From positions 36,022,001 to 36,086,000 of the forward strand of contig CM022671.1 in assembly GCA_012295275.1 (NCBI GenBank): 64,000 nt of DNA, read 5' to 3'. Made by a program: the position numbers and the translations under genes. The stretch's first letter is position 1; each line of letters starts with the position of its first letter. The stretch is from Chrysomallon squamiferum (taxonomy: Eukaryota; Animalia; Mollusca). This document shows, piece by piece, positions 13,893 through 25,491 of the stretch. Below the pieces are notes generated by a model. That model was not told where the DNA came from. It saw nothing but the letters and a program-made list of their open reading frames with translations, and ran no database searches.

Positions 13893-15220
13893 TCACATTT
13901 TCCCGCGTCCAGTTTTATGTGCATAAAATTTATTAAAATTTTCTGTGATAATCGGAACTGGAATGGATAAAGTGAGGACTCCAGATATCGCACAGATACA
14001 CCCGATAAACCTACCCCAGGGACCCATGGGTACCTTGTCTCCATACCCCACCGTTGTCATGGTGATTATGGCCCACCAGAACCCGTCTGGAATGCTAGTT
14101 ATTTGCGAATCGGGCCTGCCGAGTTCTGCATAGTAAATTGCACTGGAGAACAGCAGAATACAGACGATGATAGCGACAAGGAAGAGGAGGAGGCCCTGCA
14201 GGCTTGCCTTGAACGTCAACACGAGGACCTGCAGTCCAGCCGAGTGCTTGGTCAGCTTGAAAATCCTCACCAACCTGATGACTCGGAGGAAGGCGAGCGA
14301 GGCGCTCGACTTGGCGCTCTCGCAGTTCATGCTGGAGAGGACGTTGATGAGGGTCACGTAGAAGGGGATGACCGCGGTCAGGTCGACGAGGTTCTTGAAG
14401 TCCTTGAAGAACGCGGGTTTGTTGGGACACACCACGATGCGGATGAGAACCTCGATCGTGAACCACGCGGTGCACGAACTCTCGATGAGGAAAAACGGGT
14501 CCACGAAGTTGGGTAACTTGTCCGGGGTGCAGTGACTCTTGGAGAACTCCGGGAACGTCTCCACACAGAACAACACGATGGACAACAACGTAACGATCAC
14601 TGAGAAAATAGCAACTGCATAAGCCAAGCAGGAAGTTTCCGGGTACTCCATAACCATCCACACTTTTCGTTTCCACCCTCGGTGCGGAAGCATCACCTTT
14701 CGGCCACGTAGCCCTCCTCTTTCCTGTACTGCTCTATCACATGTGGCTCTATGTCGAAAAACTCGAGTTCATCGAGGAAAATGTCGTCAGGGACGGGCTC
14801 GGGCCTTCGCACGCCCCCGCCGTACTGGTAGTAGTTGAAAATCGCCTCAAACGTCGGCCTGTGTCTGTCGAAGAAGTATTCGTTTTTTCTCTTGTCGTAG
14901 TATTGTTCCCTCTTGTGCGGGTCGCCGAGTAGGGTCCCGGGGTGCCGCTCCAGCACCACCCTCCATGTCTCGTAGTACTGGCCGCTCACGTTGATCGTGA
15001 TCCTGTCGCACGTGGTCAGGTGACAGTTGTGGTTGGGGGGTAAGTCTTTGCCGCAGTGCAACTCGGGACGCAGCTTGTACTCCGAACTTCGGTTGTTGTT
15101 GCTTCCACCGCTCTGGTACACCCACAGGTCGTTGCCTTCACCCGAGTCGATGTTGAGTCTGTCTCGGCTACTGTACGTCCGTCGATACGGCGCCTGGTTG
15201 AGCAAAGACACAACAGCCAT
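13893..15220 (-). CDS. KCNA: Shaker/Kv1-family voltage-gated K+ channel alpha subunit (Kv-A), intronless CDS, one 1-nt frameshift at ~14698 (442 aa if one base is restored)
   Basis: ORF 14693-15220 encodes a Kv1-type T1 domain (ITINVSG...TLLGDP...EYFFDRHRPTFEAIFNYYQYGG). ORF 13893-14696 encodes S1-S6 with S4 [15 protein letters not shown], filter TTVGYGD and S6 IPVP. Adding one A to GAA AGG TGA TG gives GAA AAG GTG ATG (EKVMLP) and joins them at the expected T1-S1 linker. No other disablement seen. Confidence 0.93.
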
Positions 15221-16310
15221 TCCTGCATTGTTTCGCGGCGTGTGCTCTCATATCATCTTCTTAAAGTGTCTCTCTCGACGTGTACGCGTTTCTCGCGGCA
15301 CAGTGTATCGTCTGCTTCACAAACATATCGTCTGCACATAGCTGCCATGGCGCATCTTTTGTGCGAGTCTCTCGTATCGATCGCCAGTGGTTAACGAACC
15401 AGCAGTTTGGCCAGATGTTTGCCACGGATGTATTATTTTTTTAAAAGTATTTTTTTTTTTTTTATAAACACGATGAACCAACAACGACGAAGTCCACGTT
15501 TGTACGGCCAACTTCTCCTCACTTGAACAGCTCAGAGAAACAACCCACTCGTCAACTTTGCGTCTCGCGCCCAGCCTGTCACGTATAATATCAATTTTAC
15601 TTTTCTGGTCGCCTGCCAGAAACCGCGGGACAGAATCTCTCATTGGCCGAAACCTTTCCTGCGTCCTCACTTGACGACAGCAGCATGTAAGTCTGAGAAA
15701 ATTAATAATTAAAATAAACATGCAAAACTCTTTTGTTATTTCACAATAACGAAAAAATAAAAAAAAAAGACAGAGAAAAAAAAAGGCCACCGAGTTTGCT
15801 TTTCTCGGCTGCTTTTAAATATTAAACAAGCTGTGCTCAGCGAATCGTGTGGCAGTCCTCAGAACGACAGTCGTTGAGAACATCTCGCGGGAGACAACGT
15901 ACAACGATAAAATGTTTACTGAGAACTCGAAATTACTCAGCTACTTGAAACTCCGCTAATAACACTGCCGTTTGTGAAAACTGACAATTATACAGCATAA
16001 TGTATTCTGTAATCACTACTGTATATATTAGAATTCACTTGGCTGTAAAATTAAAATTTATGTACACGCATACGTACACAGAAAGAGCGACATATGCATA
16101 CACACATATACACACATACATACATACATACAGTTAGTAAGTATCTCTAAATATAATCTATAAAGAAAACATTTCAAGAGAAGTACTGTGATTCAAACGT
16201 CATTCTACATTTAAATGTGTTTCACAACTTGTTACTTATCATTGATTTATCGACCAAATATTTCCCTTTTGACATTAACAATGATAAATTTAACCAACTG
16301 CGACATATAG

Positions 16311-16348
<38 letters not shown>

Positions 16349-16587
16349 TTATCACGTGTTTACATATTTATTGCGTGACTTAAAAGTCGGTCTGTGAGAG
16401 TGAAGTATCTAAGTAGACGATGCGTGACCAGGAAATGCACATGTATTAACTTTATGGTCACGCATCAACTCGACAGGTTCCGTATTAATTGTATTGATGT
16501 CATCAACTGTGTCTGCAGAGCTGATGCGTGACTTTTACATTTATAAATATAATAAGAATTGATATCTCACTGTGAAATTTAGTACCA

Positions 16588-17260
16588 TACTAAAAAGTTC
16601 AAAACAATATATAAACTTGATGAATAACTATAAAGTTCAGTACTATACATAAACTTGATGAATAACTAAAAAGTTCAGTACTATACATAAACTTGATGAA
16701 TAACTAAAAAGTTCAGTACTATACATAAACTTGATGAATAACTAAAAAGTTCTTGATGAATAACTAAAAGTTCAGTACTATACATAAACTTGATGAATAA
16801 CTAAAAAGTTCAGTACTATACATCAACTTGATGAATAACTAAAAAGTTCAGTACTATACATAAACTTGATGAATAACTAAAAAGTTCAGTACTATACATA
16901 AACTTGATGAATAACTAAAAAGTTCAGTACTATACATAAACTTGATGAATAACTAAAAAGTTCAGTACTATACATAAACTTGATGAATAACTAAAAGTTC
17001 TACATAAACTTGAGAACTAAAAAAGTTCAGTATACATAAACTTGATGAATAACTAAAAAACTATACATAAACTTGATGAATAACTAAAAAGTTCAGTAAT
17101 TTACATAAACTTGATGAATAACTAAAAAGTTCAGTACTCTACATAAACTTGATGAATAACTAAAAAGTTCAGTACTCTACATAAACTTGATGAATAACTA
17201 AAAAGTTCAGTACTATACATAAACTTGATGAATAACTATAAAGTTCAGTACTATACATAA
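16588..17260. repeat. 38-bp minisatellite, ~17 copies, upstream of Kv-A
   Basis: AAACTTGATGAATAACTAAAAAGTTCAGTACTATACAT tandem; copies with drop-outs near 16750 and 16990-17060. Confidence 0.95.
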
Positions 17261-17791
17261 TGACAGTATCCATTAAGTGAAAACAGTTTTAAAATTATAT
17301 ACACTCGATTTCACTCCTAGATCATGTATCCCAGTGTTATTACAACATCAACAGCAGCAGCAGCAGAAACAACAACAACAATAACAACAACAACAACAAC
17401 AACAACAATAATAATAATAATAGTAATGTTGATAGTCATGTGGGTGATACTGTAATGGCAGTGTAATTACGAATACGCTGATCTCTGTCACGTGTGCGTC
17501 ACTGGGCAGACTGAGTGGAAGTTTAATTCGTCTGATCTGATACAAAGTGTTGACAGTCACTCCTCACGGATAATCCACACTAACTGAGAGATCAGCTTTC
17601 GTGTCTCTCTCACATAAACACGTAACACGCTGTTCTCTGTGGACTTAACTCTGACGTAAATCTCTCCCAGCTTCTTTTTATATCTGAAACACTGTCTGTC
17701 CGTCTGTCACCTCTTTTTCTCATTCTTCTCCTCAGTATTACTTCTGTTTTCCTCTCTCTCTCTCTCTCTCTCATTCTCTCTCTCTCTCTAT

Positions 17792-17828
<37 letters not shown>

Positions 17829-18758
17829 TAATTTATCATCTTCCACTTGCTTATTCGTTATTTCCAAGAGTTGTATATCTTGATAGTCACAATCATTATC
17901 ATGATGACATCATCAAAATATTCATCATCTTTATTACCATCATCGTATCATCATTCTTACAATCATAGCTTTTCGTCGTCTTCAATCGACTTGTCCATTG
18001 TAAAATAAATGGGTTTTTTTTTCTTATTTACACGAATACATTTGACATTGACAACGTCTGTTACAAGGTTAACAACATGTGCATTAATGGGTATGAAAAG
18101 TTCAGTTCTTTGTGTTTCTATGCGTATGCAAATTGATGCTAATACTTTCTACCGTGTGTTTCAGTCAACCATTCCAAACACAGTGGACACCTGCACCTTC
18201 TCATTTCAATGTTTTGTCTTTATTTCTCTGGATACGCGTCAGTTGTTTGTTTTCCGTGACGTCACAAGTGTGTCTGACGTCACAAATTACGATGCGCCAC
18301 GGACATTTTGCTTCCCTCGCTAGCAACGGTTAAGCAACAAAAAAAAAAAATAATAATAATAATAATTAAATGAATAAATAAATAATAAAATTTATGATTC
18401 AGAATAAAACTTCATTTTTGTCTAAAGCAAAAATAGTTCTATTTACCCTGAATCGTTCAAGACAAATAAGTTGGCGCATACATACCTACAGCTTGTTGAA
18501 AGACAATGAACGTGTCGTAACCTAAATACGTAATTAAAGCATGAAACTCGCTGGTATGTGCTCTCTTGTCTGTGTCATACATTATTTGTTACATGTTTGT
18601 ACAATTATTTATATTATTATCAGCATCACAGTCATCGTTATTATTATCATTATCATTATCATCATTACTACAATTATTACTACTACTACTACTGCTACTA
18701 CTATTACAGCTACTACTATTATTAATATTACCATTATTACTACTATTACTATTATTAC

Positions 18759-18791
<33 letters not shown>

Positions 18792-19149
18792 GTTGTTGTT
18801 GTTGTGGTTGTTGCTGCTGCTGCTGTTGTTGTTTATGATTAATACAACTATCCTGAACACAAGGCATATTTTACAGGTATCTGGGGATATTATAAATGAA
18901 CGTCTGTATCTGTATTCTTTGAATTTTTTATTTTGTTTCTGTGTTTCTAACCATCATCGACACGCTTGGCTTGTTTACGGAAGATGCAGCTTCGTTCCTG
19001 AGTTTGTTAATTCAGTGTTTCCACGTCCGCGCGTAGCCAGGCGTGTCACCTATATTTTACACTTGTGATTCTTTGTAACAGCAAATTCTCCACAAACTGG
19101 TTCCGAGCTCTGATTATCTGTGTCGACTCTGAATATTTTATAAGTCTCT

Positions 19150-19235
19150 TTCCGACCACGTCCACCTCGTCACGGCACACACGGAACCAATGAGCCGCGA
19201 CGTGTTGAGTTTGTGACGCGGAAGTGTCGCACAGC
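19150..19235. promoter_or_regulatory. Candidate promoter element (CCAAT box and ETS site CGGAAGT in a CpG-rich patch), possibly for Kv-A
   Basis: GGAACCAATGAGCCGCG at ~19183-19199 and GCGGAAGTG at ~19218-19226; motif match only. Confidence 0.35.
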
Positions 19236-19424
19236 TGAGTGAATGTTTAGTTAAAAATGATATTCAGAGCGAACTTGGGGGCTGATATAGATATTCACGA
19301 CGGGGCTATTTTCAATTAATAAAGATGTAACAGATTTTATTAGCTATTGATCCGTCAGAGCTGCAAATAGATAGATAGATGCTGGAGTGATAAAAAGGAG
19401 ATAGAGACACAGAGTGTAATGAAC

Positions 19425-19543
<119 letters not shown>

Positions 19544-20802
19544 GAAAGAAAAAGAGTGACAGAGAGAGAGAAAAAGATCGACAAAGACGTATTATAACAC
19601 ATAGAGGCAGAAACGACAGAGAAAGGTGTTTGTTAGACAGGTAATAACACACTAGAGCACTTTAACTTGTACTCCACTGACACGTGTAAAACACTGAGAC
19701 TGAACATCTTGTCTTAGATCCAGCAATAACTTAACCTACTTCATGTCACGATAACTAAATCACTTCTACATCGCTTCAGTTCGTTAAGTAATTTAATAAG
19801 TAACTTTTGCACTTTATAAGACTCCGTTAAATGATTAAATGTTTTATATGTGGATCGTAGATATCGCGTAATGGATTATTCGTTAGCGGAAACGTAATAA
19901 AGGTCAGAGAATCAATATCACTGAATTTGTTTACGAATTTCATACAAACATACAAACATACAGAAACACAGACGTACACTCAGATCCACACGTACATATA
20001 ATTGAAAATATGCGTGCGTGCATACATACACACATACATAGACACACACATATATATATATACACACATACCTACCTACCTATCTACCTACCTACCTACA
20101 TACATACATACTACGTACATGCATATATACAAATATACACACATACATACATAGACACACACACACACACACATATATATATACACGTATCTATCTACCT
20201 ACCTACCTACATACATACATACATACATACATACATACATACATACATACATACATACATACATACATACATACATACATACATACATACATACATACAT
20301 ACATACATACAAACACAGATGCAGACATACATACATACAACAAAAGATATTATACAGACATGCAGACGGACACATAGACACGTGTATATTTAATTATGAT
20401 AACATATTTAAATAACAACACTCTCGTACAACTCACACTTGTAACAAATACTGCTGGCAGGCGGCCATCGCTGTAATGAAACACTTGTATAACTTTACAG
20501 CGAGCAGAAATTCATTAGTGACTTGGTGTATGATTATTTGATTGGTGGCGTCATCTGACAACGGCAATTAGCGCGTGGTGGGGGAAACAGTGTCGTGTGT
20601 GTGTGTAACACTGAGGCTGGGACTCGGAGTCGCGTAATCCAGTTAGAAGTCTGCCGCGGCCAAGTGAGGCGTGCTGCCTCTAATTACTTTAATTTGCTTC
20701 TCACTCGTCCGATACCGCGTATGTGTTTACAAAATTCATTTCGTAAAAGTGCACGAGAGAGAGAGAGTGGGAGGAGAGAGAGGAGAGAGAGAGGAGAGAG
20801 AG

Positions 20803-20842
<40 letters not shown>

Positions 20843-21761
20843 AATATATAAACTCACGTATACAAATATTAAAAAAACTAAAAACAAATGAAAATGAGTA
20901 ATGTATAAATGAGAGTATTTATATCCGGAGAGATGAGTACAAGAGGAGACACACACACACATCTGTACATAACTTCAAGCATTACTCCAGAACCAAGAGA
21001 ACTGCCTCTGTGTGTAAACATGTTCAGATAAAAATATTTGAGTCAAAACATGAATAATAAATGTTTAAGAAGTGCGTTCGTGTTTACACGTGTTTTTGCA
21101 TGCCTGTGTGTGTGTGTGTGTGTGTGTGAAAATGTGACAGAAACTAAACAATAGTTAACTGTTGTTTATCACGTACGTTACGTTTATCGTTGTCTGGTTG
21201 CGTGACGGATGTGAGCAGACACGTAACTTGGACGAGTTTTTCACGTAATTAGAAAACCTCTCTGCTTATCCGCACGCCAAATTCACGAGCACAAAACACT
21301 GGCCATATGTTTTTAAAATGATAGCAGTCACAGAGAGCAAGATCTGTCAGTTCATACAGTCAGTAATGTCTGCCAGATAATTAATATTCACCAGACACGA
21401 CAAGCATCCAGATGTTAAAATAACTTTTTACGTTTACAGTGTATACAATGTATCAGTAATAATAATAATAATAATAAATTAATTAATTAAAAATAAAAAA
21501 ATAAAATAAAATAAACAATGAATAAATAAATTACTTACTTATTTAATTGATTAGTTAATTAGTTAATTGATTAAGTGACAAACAAAGCTAACTAAATAAA
21601 CAAACAAAACAAAATAAATAGATGAGAAACAAACTAAATTAAGAAAATAATAAATAAAATAAAATTAGTTAATTAATATTAAAAATCATTGCTGTTTTAG
21701 ACCCATTTTTAAATGAAAAGAAACCTGTATGTAGGAATCATCATGTAACCTGCAGACACCA

Positions 21762-22372
21762 AGTTCTTAATTGTGCTCTGTAAACAAGTTGTTTGTGTGC
21801 TCTGTAAACGAGTTCTTTGTGTGCTCTGTAAACAAGTTGTTTGTGTGCTCTGTAAACAAGTTCTTTGTGTGCTCTGTAAACAAGTTGTTTGTGTGCTCTG
21901 TAAACAAGTTGTTTGTGTGCTCTGTAAACAAGTTGTTTGTGTGCTCTGTAAACAAGTTGTTTGTGTGCTCTGTAAACCAGTTGTTTGTGTGCTCTGTAAA
22001 CAAGTTGTTTGTGTGCTCTGTAAACAAGTTGTTTGTGTGCTCTGTAAACAAGTTGTTTGTGTGCTCTGTAAACAAGTTGTTTGTGTGCTCTGTAAACAAG
22101 TTGTTTGTGTGCTCTGTAAACAAGTTGTTTGTGTGCTCTGTAAACAAGTTCTTTGTGTGCTCTGTAAACAAGTTGTTTGTGTGCTCTGTAAACCAGTTGT
22201 TTGTGTGCTCTGTAAACAAGTTGTTTGTGTGCTCTGTAAACAAGTTGTTTGTGTGCTCTGTAAACAAGTTGTTTGTGTGCTCTGTAAACAAGTTCTTTGA
22301 TATCTCATCTAAACAAGTTCTTTGTGTGCTCATTGTAAACAAGTTGTTTGTGTGCATATTAAACAAGTTGTT
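21762..22372. repeat. 24-bp minisatellite (TGTGCTCTGTAAACAAGTTGTTTG), ~22 copies plus degenerate ends
   Basis: Direct tandem; explains the four 175-217 aa periodic ORFs. Confidence 0.97.
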
Positions 22373-22429
22373 TTTGTTTATTTATTCATTTTTTTATTTA
22401 AACAATTTGTTTTATCTCATCTAATTTAA

Positions 22430-22473
22430 TATTTGTTTTTTTTCATTTTATTTTATTTTATTTATTTTTCATT

Positions 22474-22506
<33 letters not shown>

Positions 22507-22611
22507 ATTTTATTTTATTTTATTTTATTTTATTTTATTTTATTTTTATTTTATTATTTTATTTTATTTTATTTATTTTATTTATTTATTTATTTTATTT
22601 TTTTTTATTTT

Positions 22612-22671
<60 letters not shown>

Positions 22672-22693
22672 TTTTTTATTTTTTTTTTTATTT

Positions 22694-22750
<57 letters not shown>
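22430..22750. repeat. (TTTTA)n / poly-T low-complexity tract
   Basis: Directly visible. Confidence 0.9.
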
Positions 22751-23410
22751 CTGTCTATAAGAATGTTTATGTATACAATTTGTTACTGTTATAAAAGAAA
22801 GAATCAACTGGAGTCCAGTTTTCTATATTATTAAATATTTAATACAATGTGTTGAGAAAAAACAGTAATTTATTCATTTTACTTCTACTTGTTTTGAAAT
22901 AGTTTCAGAATGTGCAAATCATTCATAATGTCCACATTGCAGATGTACTTACTATTATTACGTCAGAAGTAAGTGTAGTTAATGTTTTATTTATCACAAT
23001 CTGTTCATGGCAAACACTTCATTTATGTCTCAGCGTCACTCGTAAGTAATTTACATATTTGTCTCGTAGAAGAAAAATCTGTCTGTCTGTGTGTGTGCGT
23101 GCGTGCGTGCGTGCGGCTGTGGGTGTTACCTGATTATACACAACAGCTTGTAAGATAGAGTTAGTAAAAGAACTAACAAGTAATTATTAACACAACAGAC
23201 TAGTCTGTCTATCACTTTCTTAATAGTCGTCTTTCTTAATAGTCGTCTTAATAGTCGATCAGAATGGACTAAAAGAAAATATCTAAATTTCTACAACCTA
23301 AAGACAGTTGATTGACATTATACAAGCAACGTTCGGTAAAATGGGATTTTTAAAACTTTTTCTTTCAAGCCTTTGAATCAGCTTATTGAATACAGAGTCG
23401 TTATATGTTT

Positions 23411-23491
<81 letters not shown>

Positions 23492-24724
23492 TAGTAGTAG
23501 TAACTATTGTTGTTGTTGTTGTAGTTACTATTATTCTGTATTAGGTTTTAGTATTATATTTATTCTACTATAACTAATCATTTACATCGTCAGCTTCCTC
23601 ACTAAAGCTGAATGATTGGTGTGATGGTGCAGAGCGACCTAAGACTGATAAATTTACTTACTTTTCAGCTGTTACAGAAATAACTTGGTGGTCGCAAATA
23701 TTTACTTTCCATTGATCGCTTTGTGAGACAGAACCGTCTCCAACTTAAGTCTTTAGAATAGTGAGTTTTATCATGTGTTTAGCATAGTGAGTTTTATAAC
23801 GTGTTTAACATAGTGAGTTTTATCAAGTGTTTAGAACAGTGAGTTTCTTCACGTATTTAGCGAGTTTTGTCCACTGTCATCTCAAAACACAAACGTGAAA
23901 CATTCGACTGAAATAAATGTCAGAAAAACACATTATTTTGTACGCAGACGTCTAAACAGTAGCGAAGTTTCAATACGAGTTTGATGAGTTATACAAACAC
24001 TGGATTTTTCAATGGCAGGTTCAACCCGGTGTTAAATAAAATCAAACAGTGATTCAGTGTGTAAGTTGTTAGCAGGGTTAAAGCACGCTCTGTATGTCCA
24101 GTACCCAAATAAGGAAGGTGAAATGATGCTAACTATGATACTGAGAGAATCACTCCTCAACAGCTAGTGATCGTAATAATAACGTCTGCACTGTACTGCT
24201 GTTGTTGTTGTTGTAGAAGTAGACACGACAGTCGACTTCGAAAAGAAGTAATTTTATATATGTATGTGTTTCTTTATATACATGCGTGCGTGCGTGTGTG
24301 TGTGTGTGTCTGCGTGTGTGTGCGTGTGTGTGTGTACGTGCGTGCGTGCGCGCGCTTTTGTGTGTGTGTGTGCGTGTGTGAAGCAATAAAAACAATGGAA
24401 ATAAATAAACTAATTATCTTGGTTTTCCAAAAACTGCTTGTAACTTGAAGTAATTATTTAATTACGTAATTTCCACAAGCTAAGCGAGTCAGTAAAAAAA
24501 GAAACATCACACTCACACGAAAATACTACGTTGCTGTTAAACACGTGGTCCCTGGTGACGTCGTTGTCATCTGGACAGTGTAACTGTCAAACGTCATCAA
24601 TACAACGTACTCGGGTTTTATTGTTAGAGTGAATTAATAAACGTAATTAAAAAAAAATAAATAAAAACAATTCTGACATTATACTTTGTATGTGTTTGGG
24701 TACAAGATAGTGCGAGAAATTACC

Positions 24725-24758
<34 letters not shown>

Positions 24759-25046
24759 TCGTCAGTTATTTCTACAAACGAAAGAAAAAAAGTAAATGTT
24801 GAGGCAGTTTTACATTGGAATGTATGTAAGTGAAAACTCGCATGTTTGTACGTGAGTACAGGAGATTGCATATTTAATGCATGTTGTGAGTATGTCTTTG
24901 TGTCTGTTATGTTTGCGAGTGCATAGAAGTACATTAATACTGATTGGTTTTCAGATATATTTTTTATAATTAACAAAATTAAGACGTCTGCTTAGAAACA
25001 ATTTTCACAATAATTTATATAAGATGATCATAAAGTTTTCTCAATG

Positions 25047-25107
25047 TTCAGTGGAGGGATTTGAACCAGATTCCTCAGCGTGATATTCCAGGGGTCAATA
25101 AACTGAG
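25047..25107 (-). mobile_element. Degenerate tRNA-derived (SINE-head-like) fragment
   Basis: Minus strand has B-box GGTTCAAATCC at tRNA-like spacing from a weak A-box region; no full cloverleaf. Confidence 0.35.
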
Positions 25108-25363
25108 AAAAACTGACTAAAGCTTTTGCTAGTATGAACTTTCTGTGTCTAATATGTTAATAAAATAAATAGATTTTGAAGAATAATCCATTTATACCAG
25201 TATTAAATATATATGAATAGTTAATCTGCATAATTTACTATTACATATGTTGATATATCGATTTAATTAGTGTCAGTAATATAGCTATTAAATAACGTAC
25301 TGTATAAAATAAATAAATAATAAATAAAAATAAATAAAAAAGATAATAATAATGATAATAATG

Positions 25364-25448
<85 letters not shown>

Positions 25449-25450
25449 TG

Positions 25451-25491
<41 letters not shown>

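Noticed and set aside
14685-14700. AAG|GTGATG as a splice donor that would repair the Kv-A frameshift
   Set aside because: Conserved LP..KVW..MEYPE residues follow immediately, so a realistic intron would delete required sequence.
15317-15790. 157-aa minus-strand ORF upstream of Kv-A
   Set aside because: GTG start, crosses homopolymer runs and a likely acceptor (tttctcag at ~15693); more consistent with 5' UTR or intron.
16588-17260. CRISPR-like appearance of a 38-bp repeat
   Set aside because: Units are contiguous with no unique spacers, there are no cas genes, and the context is eukaryotic.
18541-19068. Poly-I/L/T and poly-Q/N ORFs (also 25241-25537, 39412-39702, 43758-44231, 49498-50010)
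   Set aside because: Trinucleotide and (ATTT)n microsatellite translations.
21709-22424. Four 175-217 aa ORFs on both strands (CLQSTQTT, CSVNKLFV, etc.)
   Set aside because: A 24-bp unit with no stop in those frames; not evidence of coding.
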